From the NCBI GenBank assembly GCA_951406725.2, contig OX597820.1, positions 19,096,001 through 19,160,000 on the forward strand: a DNA stretch of 64,000 bases, in the 5' to 3' direction. The notes beneath the pieces were generated by a model. It had not been told where the DNA came from. It did not search any database and saw only the letters and a list, made by a program, of their open reading frames with translations. This DNA is from Octopus vulgaris (taxonomy: Eukaryota). The translations under genes were made by a program, and so were the position numbers. Shown one piece after another: positions 12,159 to 24,571 of this stretch. Each line of letters opens with the position of its first letter. Within the stretch, counting starts at the first letter, position 1.

Positions 12159-13889
12159 ATATTATTATCATTATTCTCATTATCATTATTATTATTCTCA
12201 TTATTATTCTCATTATCATTATTATTATTATTATCATTATTCTCATTATTGTTATCATTATTATTATTATTGTTCTTGTTGTTAATCATTTTCCTTTTGC
12301 TTGCTTGCTTGCATTAAGTGCAAGAATAAATACGGCCACTCGCGTTGGCTTCGTGTAAAAGGAAATATTAGAGTAATATGTTTTAGTTGATGCCGTTCTC
12401 AAGAACATTAGTTGCATAAATAAAATGAAAATAGTCCACCAGTGGGAATTGAAACATGAGTCACTGATTCAGTTCACTTGTTTCGCACTTTACAACACTC
12501 ATCACAGATGGATGGCTATTAAAGGATAAATAAGGGGGCTCCAACTCGTCTCCAGAAACAAGCTGCTGGCCAAATCAGATCCTGACTGAAGGAAGAGGTG
12601 GCAGGACAAAGCAGAGGTCGGTGGGGAGAGAGTTTGCATTGACCATTATTAGTAAGAAGCGAAGCATGAAAATATTGTTATCGGCTTGAGTTATGGAAGC
12701 ATGTCTCTTTCTCCATTATGGAATGGAACGCAATTTTACCACCTAATTTGTGGTCGGAGATGTTCTGTGTTCTCTGACATGATGGTTTTGTTGCTAACAG
12801 CAATCCCGTGTCAGCTCTTCACTTCTTATGACCCCTTTATCACTACATCATCAATATTGGTTTTTCTACTTTTAGTTAACATTGACTGTTCTCTTCTACT
12901 GGTGCCAGCCTTCACTGCTGTGTATACTCTGAGGGAGCATGGCCTAGTGGTTCGGGTTTTGTACTCAGGACCACAACATCATGGTTTCAATTTCCAGATT
13001 GGACAGTGCTTTGTGTTCTTGAACAAGACCCTTCATTTCACATTGCTCTGTGACTGCTTACTCTCTTTTTACTCTTTTACTTGTTTCAGTCATGTGACTG
13101 TGGCCATGATGGAGCACTGCCTTTAGTCTAGCAAATTGACCCCAGGACTTATTCGTTGCAAGCCTAGTACTTATTCTATCGGTTTCTTTTGCCGAACTGC
13201 TAAGTTACGGGGATGCAAACACACCAGCATTGGTTGTCAAGCGATGTTGGGGGGGACAAAAAAAGAAAAAGGCTGTGTAGAATAAGATCAGGTGCGGTCC
13301 CAGGAATTTTTTGAAGCGAGGACACAAGGTCAGAAGGGAATAACAATTCCAGGAGAAAAGGGCGTAAAAACATCATTTAGAAGGGCTCACATCCTTTCTT
13401 GAGCAGGAGAGCATGCCCCTCAGGCATCCATCCTCCTTGGGTCCACTCCAGAAGATGGTCTTGTTTAGAAATACAAAATACTTACCCTGGATTTGAATTT
13501 ATAAGGGGTAGGGATGGGGCTACAAAACAGGTTTATTAGCACTGCATTATTTTCTTTTTTTTTTACCTCAATCTTCTAAAAATGAAAAAGAAAATGATGC
13601 TGAGGAGGATTAACCTCTGTAAAATACATAACCAGTTAGTCACAGAGTTGACAGGGTGACCATAAGGTTCTACCCACTAGAAATAGCAGCCAAATCTTCC
13701 TAAATTTATACTTTACTGTTATATAAAAGAGAAGGGCATATTGGATTATGTACAACTGGAAGGTCTTTGTTGGAACGTCTTTTGGTCGTAGGAGGTCTGC
13801 TCAGTCAGGAAAAAAAAGGAAAAAAAATAGCAGCATTTTGAGTTGTTATTTTACTAATTAGTTACTCTTACTGCCTCAGATATATTAAA

Positions 13890-14058
13890 GTGATGATGAT
13901 GATGATGATGATGATAATGATGGTGGAGTTGATGATGATGTTGATGGTGGGGATGATGATGGTGCTCATGATGAATTTGGTGATGATGGGGGGTAATGTT
14001 GATGATGATGATGATGGTGATGGTGGTGATGATGATGGTGATGATGATGATGATTGAT
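13890..14058. repeat. Compound (GAT/GGT)n trinucleotide tract
   Basis: Direct reading. Confidence 0.9.
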
Positions 14059-14669
14059 GTATTGAAATGGTAAATTGCTTCTAGGAAAACTACTTCAACT
14101 GCTTAGAAATTGTAAGTTCCTAACTATCAAGGGGCAGGAGGGGGAAGGAAATAAATGGTAGCAGCAGCAGAAGTAGTAGTAGGAGGAGGAAAAGGTGAGT
14201 GGAGGGAGGAAGTGTGGGGACATCAGTCATCCTCCCTAAAAGCCCCTTTGACCTAAAAAAAACCCTTCCACACCCTTTTCTATTAAAAGGTTTATCAACT
14301 GACTTAGCTTCAGGACTGAAATTTCTGGTTGATGTCCTTAATGGACATCTGGGATGACACGGGGAGGGGGGGTGATTAAGCCACACAAGTATTATATTCT
14401 AATTGTTTAAACCAGTCAATTTCTTTATTAACCATGAGGTTGTGAAAAAGAGGGGACGATAGGAGGACAGACAAAACAAACATTGGGGTCAGGGTATTGA
14501 ATGAGATGAAACGTATGAATAAACAAACAATGGAAACATATACAATTAAATGAGAATGAGTGATTTACCAAAAAATGGATTGGAGGACCCGGAGGCAACC
14601 TGCAGCCCAAAGGGCTTCCTGGTGGAAAATTACCTTGCATTTTTGGACCATTTCTGTTTGGTTGCATCT

Positions 14670-14870
14670 GTGGAAATTTTAAAGTTTTGTGAAAATTTTA
14701 AAATTTGGTGTATCGATGTAATTTTCCATGCTGAATCTCAGGAGATATTTCACTTTTTCCAGAGAAATTGTTTTTAAAAAATTAGTTAGAGAGGTTTAAA
14801 GTTTGATAATTTTTACTTAGTCAGAAAACAGGATTTGGAAGCTGTTATTTTGTGTGAGCTTTGCATGGGG
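14670..14870. mobile_element. Old DNA-transposon-like repeat; inverted homologue at about 42270-42465
   Basis: The reverse complement CAGCTTCCAAATCCTGTTTTCTGACTAAGTAAAA matches CAGCTTCCAAATCCTGCTTTCTGATTAGGTAAAA near 42297. Confidence 0.55.
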
Positions 14871-15304
14871 ATATTCTGCGATGACATCCTTCACTCCATT
14901 TCTATCCCTGATCTCCTCGTTCTGGGTTTGATCTCTTAGCATATGTTAAAGGGTTAAGTCACACCAAGCAGTTTAAGAGAAGAAATTATGACTTGGAATC
15001 GAACAGAGAAAGAAAACGAATATTGATTGTTAAACACCAAATATTATCCTTTGACCTCAATTGCAATCGGGTCAAAGTTGAAGAAAAATTTTTTGGGGTA
15101 AAAAAAAAAATAAACGAAAATACTTGTCACCAGAATATATTTCAAACTCTCTCAACAACAACAACTCTGCCAACCAATTTTTATTTCCAAAGATGATGCA
15201 ATACTTGCAATGTAATAGCTTCAGACTGGTAGGGAGAGAATAGATTGGAAATCAGAAATTACTCATTCTGCCCCCTGTTTCCAATTTCGCCCCTTATCCT
15301 TCAA

Positions 15305-15392
15305 CCGTATTTATTTGTGTATAAGCTGCACTATTATATGCTTGATGTTAATTGAAAAGACTGGGGTGTAACTTACACACGAGTGAATACGG
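15305..15392. mobile_element. Short pogo/Tigger-like MITE
   Basis: Imperfect TIRs CCGTATTTATTTGTGTATAAG and CTTACACACGAGTGAATACGG. Confidence 0.55.
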
Positions 15393-15477
15393 TGTACACA
15401 CACACTCACACACCCGAATCATTCCTGTAGAGATACACAGCAGACTAACATAGAATGTGAGCGAAAACAATGCTTCC

Positions 15478-15830
15478 GTGGCTGTATGGTACAAAGGTTT
15501 ACTTCACAACTGCATGGTTCCGGGTTTCGTTTCAGTGCGCAGCACCTTGGGCAAGTTCCTTCTATCATAACCGCGGACCGATCAAAGCTTTGTGAATGGA
15601 TTTGATAGACGGAAACTGAAAGAAGCCCGTCGTATATATACGCGTGTGTTTCTGTCTGTGTAGACCCCCCGCCCCCGCTTGACAACCGGTGTTGGCGTGT
15701 TTACGTCCCCGTGACCTAACGGTCAGCAAAAGCAGAACTTATAGAACTTAAAAGAATAAGTCCTGGGGTCAGTTAGTTCGACTAAAATTCTTCAAGGTGG
15801 TGCCCCAGCATGGCCGCAGTCTAATGAAAA
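15478..15830 (+). mobile_element. tRNA-derived SINE family B (octopus-type)
   Basis: GTGGCTGT.TGGT head, GGTTC.GGGTT box B-like region, internal TA/TG tract, tail CCAGCATGGCCGCAGTC. Many copies in the window. Confidence 0.8.
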
Positions 15831-16319
15831 AGATAACAAAACAAAACAAATACTTATAAAAATCTATTCCATTTTACTTCTGTGCCATTTATCCATCGGA
15901 CATATTTACGACCCTTTGCGTTTTGAGTTCAAATCCCAATGGGGGTTAGCTTTGCTATTCATCCTTCCCGGGTCGATTAAATAAATAACTTAGCAGTGAA
16001 GTACTACGGGTGAGTTAATCGTCTGTATTATCCTCCCTTAAGTGTATAAAGCGCCTTGTGCCATTGTCGGAAATCGATATCGTATGCTTCGATGACGGTT
16101 GCGTTATAGCTGATTGATTTTTATTTTTGCTTTTCGCTCACACATGCATGCACATGGGGTCAATACCGCAGTCTTTGGAATGTGTCCTTACTGCATGTAT
16201 AGTATATATACACACACACATACGAGCCTATATATATATACTTTGATACTTTGATACTTTGATAGGTTTCGGCCATTATTGGCCCAGGCCATGTCTAACT
16301 TAATAGCACCACCAATATA

Positions 16320-16633
16320 TATATTAATAAATAAAACATATGCATATATATAAACATATATGTACGTACCTACCTCTACATGTATATATACACGCATATA
16401 TGAGTACAGGACACCAAAAAAAAACGTCGAACACAATGAGAAACGAAAACATAGACACAAACCCAAGGAACTGGACATTTTAAAAAAAAAAATAGAGTAT
16501 AGGACAATTAACACAAAGAAAAAAACCCCTTCTTCAGTCGCCGTGGTTTCATCTACTCTACGTTTCGAAGGTGAAGGCGAGACGTATCTTCGAATAAGAA
16601 ACTTTCCTTCCTGCGAAAAGCAAATCAATTAAA

Positions 16634-16636
<3 letters not shown>
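16320..16636 (-). mobile_element. (TA)n-associated non-coding element with hammerhead-like half motifs; homologue at 30812-31282
   Basis: Both share ATATGTACGTACCTAC.TCTACATGTATATA...GAGTACAGGACACCA. Minus strand of both reads CGCAGGAAGG...CCTTCGAAAC...CTGA(A/T)GA.GGGG. Confidence 0.6.
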
Positions 16637-16679
<43 letters not shown>

Positions 16680-16780
16680 ATCGTTGGGGTGTATTCATTC
16701 ACGCATTCCACATTTGATGATGCCAGGGTAAAAAATGTCACATCTAAACATATGCAAGCGCACACAGACATATAGAAGAG

Positions 16781-16811
<31 letters not shown>

Positions 16812-17345
16812 TGATGATGATGATAATAATAATAAACAAACGTGCAGTCATCATTCGTAGTACAAAAGAAAAGGTCAGGCTCTATAAAGATTAAACTATG
16901 TTGCTGACCTGGGGAAAAAAAAAGCCAAAAATAAGAGAAAAAGTTTCCTCCCCGCCAAGAGATGAACGGTATGTGAAGAGTAGGCAGTACCGTCGGTTCA
17001 TTTGGTTTTTCTGCTGTTTTGATATATATATATGCATACATATATATGCATATAATGTGTGTGTATATCTGTGTATGTGTGTATGTATGTGTGTGTGTGT
17101 CTATGTATAATAGGATGCTGTATGTCTATGCATATGTGTATGTGTGCTGTTTTGATAAATATAATACGCATATATGTTTGTGAGTGCATACGTGTGGATA
17201 TATATATACACACACACACATATATATATATACACACACACACACACATATATATATACACACACACACACATATATATATATACACACACACATATATA
17301 TATATACACACACACACACACATATATATATACACACACATACAC

Positions 17346-17400
<55 letters not shown>

Positions 17401-17900
17401 AATATCTTATGGTAGAGGAATAGTATTTAACTACTATTTCTAAATTTCGGTATGTGGTGAAGCAATTTGCTGAACCCTAATTATAATTATGCTTATAATT
17501 ATAGAATTTATATCTATCTATCTATATATACACACACACATACACACATATAGAAAGATGGGAGACAGCTAAACAGTAAAGAACAAGAGAAAGAATTTAG
17601 AGATGGAAAGAAATAGCCAGGGTGAAGGTTTTGAATAAGACGATGATGATGATGATGGCATTAGTAGTAGTAGCAGTAATAGTAGTAATAGTAGTAATAG
17701 TAGTAGTAATAGTAATAGTTGTTGTTGCAGCGGTAACGGCAGTGGTGGAGGCGGCGGCGGCGGCAAGAAGTACTGATTTACTTTTTCTGTGTCTATAAAT
17801 AAATATTCCTCTCACTAGAGAACTAAGAGGTGCTTTTTTTACAGAAAAACAGAGAGAGAGAAAGGAATATAAAAACCTTACAGTAAAACTGTTTTAATAA

Positions 17901-17945
<45 letters not shown>

Positions 17946-18467
17946 AGCCCTGATATATATATATCTTTCTCTTCTTATTCTCTCTCTCTCTCTCCTTGTA
18001 TATGCATGCTTTTCTAACTCTTAGCTGTCCCCTCTTTCTTTCTCTCTCTCTCTTCTTTGACCCCTCCCCCCTCCCGCCTCTACCAATCTCACCAAGCTTG
18101 CATGTTCCTCAAGTTTGTTTTCTGCTAGTTCATTGAGTGGAGCAAGATTTTGTTTTTTGTCTTCTTCAAAAGCTCTTTCTCTTTCTCTCTCTCTCGTCTC
18201 TTCTCTTCTTTCTTTCTCTTTTCTTTTTTTAAATTATTATTTTTTTTACAAGATATTTTTTTTCCGTCTGTCTGTCTGCCTCTCTCTCTGTATTTCACTC
18301 TGTATTTAGCTCTCTCTCTCTCTCTTTCTCCCGCCCTTTCTTCTTCTTCTTCAAATGCTGCCTACCATTTGTACGCTTTTACTGAGAGCTTGTATGTAAA
18401 ACTTTATTCTTAACTGCGAAGACAACAACTTATCCAGGTCTGATAATTTTTTCCTTCTTCCTTTCTT

Positions 18468-18499
<32 letters not shown>

Positions 18500-18804
18500 A
18501 CTAAAATCACTGCGCGTGTGCGCATGTATGTATGTGTCCGTGCGTACGTGTGTATGTATGTGTGTGTGTGTGAACTACGACTGTTCTGACAAGTTCTTCC
18601 TATTTCACTCATGTTATTTATTCTTTATTATTTTCTTTCACTATTTTCATTCCTTTCTTCACTCCACGTTGTCAATCGCCAACATTTTTCCCTCTGCGCT
18701 TTTTCGCTCTCTCTCACACGCACTTGTCACCCCTCCACCTTGTATTTTTTTTTTTCCCTTTTCCTTCCTTCTTGCAACATAAGCTTATTCCACTAGCTTT
18801 TTTT

Positions 18805-18994
18805 GGCGATCCTTCGGTATAGGTACCGTAAGAACGTTTTATATGACGCATTCTCCCAGTGTCCGAAATTTGAAAGTGTTCAGTTACAAAAAATTATTTT
18901 TGTAAATCTGTCGGTCAAAAAAGATAAAGATCCCCAAAAAACGTGATAAACTTTTATTAAGCGATCCTTGGTATACTAATACCGAAGGATTGCC
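18805..18994. mobile_element. 190-bp MITE with GG-initiated TIRs and an 8-9 bp TSD (Merlin-like)
   Basis: TIR GGC(G/A)ATCCTTCGGTAT at both ends. GCTTTTTT duplicated on each side. Confidence 0.75.
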
Positions 18995-19509
18995 GCTTTT
19001 TTCTTTTTTATTAAAGTTTTTCTCCTCAATTCAAAACTTTAAATAATTTTCCGTGTATTAAATGTGTGCTTATTTATCAGCACAAATGTCACCCCGCCGA
19101 GATGACAACAAAATATATATATCAACCGGTTCACATTAAGAGCATACACACCAAACTAAAATGAAATATTCTACGTTTATTTTAGCAAAAATATACACAT
19201 TCAACGACCGGTCAGTTTCTCTATACTACGAGACAAAATTAATTTGTTTCATTGCTGTGTGACAAATAAATAAATATATCAGTTGACGACAGGTTTTTCA
19301 TCTTACCTTGCTTGATAAAAATACATATTATTAAAGAATCGGTTTCGATGTTAATTGACGATACATCTTCCTTAGAAATTTGTGGATTCACACAAAATTC
19401 TGCAGATATTTCCCATAACAAGCAGTCGATTTCTTTCCTGGGACTAATTCAACCCGGCTTTTCTGGTGTATTTCGATAATATATTAGATAGGAATCATTA
19501 TTGTTATTA

Positions 19510-19685
19510 TCTGTCTTTACGTTCTGAGTTCAAATTCCGCCGAGGTCGACTTTGCCCTTCATCCTTTCGGGGTCGATTAATCAAGTACCAGTTGTGTACT
19601 GCAAGTCAATCTAATCGACTTAGACCCTTTGTCTGTCCTTGTTTGTCCCCTCTATGTTTAGCCCCTTGTGGGCAATAAAGAAATA
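19510..19685 (+). mobile_element. SINE family C (5'-truncated)
   Basis: TTCTGAGTTCAAATTCCGCCGAGGTCGACTTTGCC core and GCCCCTTGTGGGCAATAAAGAAATA tail. Confidence 0.85.
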
Positions 19686-20510
19686 ATAATAATAATTATC
19701 ATTATTATTCGGTATTGTTATTTTAATAAATATTGCAGAATAAAAGGTGCTAAAAACGTTGGTGACCTCGTTTGCTTTTAAGTAAATTATTGTTAATTCT
19801 TATAAATCTGTTTAATGCTGTTTCTGTTTACCGAATGTCATTCGTATTGGTCGAGTGACCAGACTGAATAATGCTGGTTCCTAGGGGAGATGGGGGAGAT
19901 TTTTACCTTGCAAACGTGTGTGTATGTGTTATAACTACAGTTTGGTGCACCCCTAATTTTTAATAATAATAATAATAATAATAAAACATTGTGTACAGTG
20001 CTCAGGTGCACTACAACTCATCTAAAGTGTATATATAATCAGGTGTAGTTTCGGCGGATTTCGGAAAGCATGAGGGCCTTAAAGGATGCAGTTTCATAAC
20101 TTTCTGAAAATATGTATGTATAATGAGTATGTTCAATTTTATAGAACTGTGTAATGTAGCTGTGACTGCTGAGGCGCAGGCGTGGCTGTGTGTAAAAGAC
20201 GCTTGCTTCCCAACCATATGGTTCTGGGTTCAGTCCCACTGCGTGGCAAGCATCTTCTGTTGCCTTTTACGAGTAGATATGGTTGACGGAAACTGAAAGA
20301 AGCCCGTCGTATATACATATATATATATATTTGTGTGTGTGTGTGCTTGTTCCCCCACCATCGCTTGACAACCGACGTTGGTGTGTTTGCGTCCCCGTAA
20401 CGTGGCGGTTCGTTAAAAGAATATGTCCTCAGGGTCGATTTCTTCGACTACCCTCGAAAACAATGACTAAAGCAAGTAACATTGAATAAAAGAATATTGG
20501 GCATGAGCGA

Positions 20511-20512
<2 letters not shown>

Positions 20513-20597
<85 letters not shown>

Positions 20598-20601
20598 CGT
20601 G

Positions 20602-20663
<62 letters not shown>

Positions 20664-20678
20664 CGTGTGTGTGTGTGC

Positions 20679-20717
<39 letters not shown>

Positions 20718-20833
20718 CGTGTGTGTGTGTGCGTGCGTGTGTGTGTGTGTGCGTGCGTGTGTGTGTGTGCGTGCGCGTGTGTGTGTGTGCGTGTGCGTGT
20801 GCGCGTGTGTGTGTGTGCGTGCGTGTGTGCGTA
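20513..20833. repeat. About 320-bp uninterrupted alternating purine-pyrimidine (TG)n/(CG) tract
   Basis: Direct reading. Confidence 0.95.
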
Positions 20834-20889
20834 TTTTCAATTGTTTGTGTTTATGTGTGTGTTTGTCCTAGTGTGTATATATGTATATT

Positions 20890-21300
20890 CTTTTATTCTT
20901 TTACTTGTTTCAGTCATGTGACTGCGGTCATGCTGGTGCACCACTTTTTTTTAGTCGATATAATCGACCCCCAAGAATTTTATTTTTCAAGCCTGGTACT
21001 TATTCTATCGTTCTCTTTTGCCGAACTGCTAGGTCACAGGGTACGCAAACTCACCAACACCAATTGTCAAGCGGTGATGGTGGTGGTGAGGGCAAACACA
21101 GACACGCACGTAGATATATATATACATATTCATATACGATGGGGCTTCTTTCAGTTTCCGTCTACTGAATCCACTCACCAAGTTTTGGTCTGCTCAAAGC
21201 TATAGTAGAAGACACTTGCCCAAGGTGCCACGCAGTGGGTCTGAACCCAGAACCATGTGGTTGGGAAGTAAGCTTGTTCTCACACAGCCAGGTCTGCACC
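20890..21300 (-). mobile_element. SINE family B, full length
   Basis: Reverse complement of the family B consensus, head-to-head with 21378-21760. Confidence 0.85.
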
Positions 21301-21377
21301 TATTAGCATATATTTATTTATAATATGCAATAGTTAAAACAGTCAATACATTATTTCGTATTATTTTATTATGAAGA

Positions 21378-21760
21378 GGCATAGGAGGGGCTGTGTGGTA
21401 AGTAGCTTGCTTACAAACCACATGGTTCCGGGTTCAGTCCCACTGCGTGGCACCTTGGGAAAGTGTCTTTTACTATAGCCTCAGGATGACCAAAGTCTTG
21501 TGAGTGGATTTGGTAGACGGAAACTGAAAGAAGCCCATCGTATATATGTATGTGTGTCTGTGTTTGTCCCGCCCCCCAACATCGCTTGACAACAGATGTT
21601 GGTATGTTTACGTCCCCATAACTTAATGGTTTGACAAAAGAGACCGATAGAATAAGAAGTCCTAGGCTTCCAAAGAATAAGTCCTGGGGTCGATTTGCTT
21701 GACTAAAGGCGGTGCTCCAGCATGGCCACAGTCAAATGGCTGAATCAAGTAAAAGTGTAA
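21378..21760 (+). mobile_element. SINE family B, full length
   Basis: GGCATAGGAGGGGCTGTGTGGTAAGTAGCTTGC...GGTTCCGGGTTCAGTCCC head, through to the GAATCAAGTAAAAG tail. Confidence 0.85.
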
Positions 21761-22035
21761 AGACTATACACTATCAAATGATGGCTTACCTGGCTGAAAT
21801 TTTGAAGTCACTTTTCGCTTTCCATACTAGCATGAGTTAAATATTTTAACAAGAGATGGAAAAGCCGGGAACCACATCAGGCTCCATTGATTGTTTTGGC
21901 TTCCATGACTGGGTGCTCTTCCTACTGCCAACCACTTTACAGAGTGTACTGGGTGCTTTTTGCATGGCACCAGCATAACATTATGGTTTCACCTGGGCAT
22001 AGTGATACTAATAACTCAATGTTTGTAGAACTTAG

Positions 22036-22067
<32 letters not shown>

Positions 22068-22068
<1 letters not shown>

Positions 22069-22327
22069 GAGGATAATATCGATATTTAAGTGTCGAAATT
22101 ATCAAGTGGCCAGCATGAAAGAAATACCTTACAAAGGTAAAAAAATTTTTAACAATTAAAAATGAGGGCGTCTAAAAGACACCAACATGCCGAAATAGCA
22201 GTCGAAACTCTGACTATAAAACCACGTTAAATGTTCATATCGCACGCGATATGAACATTTAACGTGGTTTTATAGTCAGAGTTTCGACTGCTATTTCGGC
22301 ATGTTGGTGACTTTTAGACGCCCTCAT

Positions 22328-22335
<8 letters not shown>
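22068..22335. mobile_element. (TA)n-flanked element ending in a 90-bp-arm foldback palindrome
   Basis: Arms 22154-22243 and 22246-22335, one mismatch, 2-nt loop. Non-palindromic relative at about 44262-44435. Confidence 0.85.
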
Positions 22336-22368
<33 letters not shown>

Positions 22369-22952
22369 TATGCTTTAGAATAAAGTGTTAAGTGAGTACA
22401 GAGCTTAATATGAAATTAGAAAAACGACAAGGGAATAGGAATTATGTGATTATATCAATTAGGTTACTGTTCAGCGCTGGGGAAGTTGTGAAGTTATTCA
22501 CAGGCACTCTGCACTGAGTTCCCTGCATCTTATAGCAGAAACAACTGTTAGCTAATGAAGTTGATTATGTAGATCCTGTTCCTTTATCAATTCTTTCATT
22601 TCCTGTGTGTGTATAAGTATATAAGTATACTGCCCAACCAGACTGGGGCCTGGTGCAGCCTCCATGGCTTACCAGACCCCCGTCCAGCTGTCCAACCCAT
22701 GCTAGCATGGAAAACGGACGTTAAATGGTGATGATATGTGTGTATGTATGTATATATGTGCATGTGTGTGTGTATATATATATGTGTGTGTGTGTGTATG
22801 TATCTATGTGTGTATATATATATATGTATTTGTGTGTGTATGTATCTATAGGTGTATATATATATATGTATGTGTGTGTGTATGTATCTATGTGTGTATG
22901 TATCTATGTGTGTATATATATATGTGTGTGTGTGTATGTATCTATGTGTGTG

Positions 22953-23031
<79 letters not shown>

Positions 23032-23557
23032 CTATGTGTGTATATATATGCATATGTATTAGACTACTGTTTTTCCAGTTTGAAGTCACTAAGAACTAAT
23101 AAAACGAAAAAGAAAAAAAAAAGAAAAAGAAAAATAAAAATTACCAAGTTGAAGAAAAAGTCCAAGAACTGAGAACCAGCTTTAATTAGACTGCAACAGT
23201 TAACTATTGTATATGATTGTTAATTATAGAGTATTTTTGATTGGAAGAATAGCAAGCAATTTAAGGAGTCTTCATTATTCGCTTGTGTTTCTCCTAGCAG
23301 TTGATTTTTGTTACTGACTCAATTTAATAGCTGAAGATTATTATTATTATTATTATTGTTATTATTATTGTTATTATTATTATTATTATTAATGGTTGTC
23401 GTTGCTGATTTTGTTTCAACTCGTTTTTAACTCTGCTAACTTTTGACAGAATATTTAAAAGTCTTTTTAAATTTTTATTTTTTTTATTTTTATAGTTTTT
23501 AACTTCTTGTTCTAGTTTTGAGAATTGCAGCTTTCCTTACAATTTACTGGATTTGGC

Positions 23558-23598
<41 letters not shown>

Positions 23599-24571
23599 CA
23601 TCATCATCATCATTATCATCATGATTAATGCTGTAGCTTTGTTTATTATTGGTCCTTTGGCGTTTATCTTCCACTTGTCTCAGTCATTAGGCTGTGGCCA
23701 TGCTGGGGCAGTGCTTTGAAGATCTTTTAGTCAAATGAATTGACCTCAATACATATTTTTTTAAAGCTTGGTACTTATTCTATTGGTCCCTTTTGCTGGA
23801 CTGCTAAGTTATGAGGGTATAAACACGCCAACAATAGTTGTCAAGATGATGATCATGTTGATGGTGGTGGTGATGATGGCTATGATGGTGATGGTGATGA
23901 TGAGTTCACTTTGATTATTTGTGGAACTTTTTATGCTTGGACTTGTTGTCGATTCTATTTTTTCATCTTGTACTTGTTTCAGTCGTACTTGTTTCACTGT
24001 GGCCATGCTGGGGCACTGCCTTGAGGAATGAATTTAAGAGGAATAAATTGATCTGTATTACTAATTTGTTTTTTTTAGGCCTTGTACTTATTCCGTTGGT
24101 CCCTTTTGCCAAACCACTAAGTTACAGGGATATAAACAAATCAATACCAGTTGCGAAGCTGCGTATAAAGATGGGCAGAACACACACACACACATATATA
24201 CAAAGGCAGACGTTAAACGTTGATGAGGATGACATATATACACACACATGTGTATGTATACATACATATACATATCTTTCTCTCTCTCTCTCTCTCTCTC
24301 TCTGTATACACACACACACATATATATATATATACACACAAGCACATATATATACACACACGTGCATACATGTATACATACATATGTGTTTGTATATATA
24401 TATATATTTACGCTCACATACATACGTACATGTGTGTGTATATATATATATATGTATATACATATACATACATAACAAACACACACTCACATGCATACAT
24501 ACATATATATGTATGCACTCACACACAGACACACACACACACCTAGATTTGCTCTTCTCTTGTCCTTGCAG

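Larger units (their letters stand above)
15400..20480. promoter_or_regulatory. CpG-retaining (putatively unmethylated) promoter-like zone
   Basis: Unique sequence and SINE copies here keep many CpGs that are often TpG/CpA in copies elsewhere. GC-box-like CCCGCC near 18073 and 18330, CCAAT at 18083, (GGC)n at about 17750. CpG was judged by eye, not counted. Confidence 0.5.

Noticed and set aside
12686-13126. 146-aa ORF
   Set aside because: The 3' half is made of SINE fragments, it has a TTG start, and no domain is recognisable.
17557-17776. Ser/Gly-rich low-complexity coding-like stretch
   Set aside because: In-frame stops follow the ATGs; it is a trinucleotide repeat.
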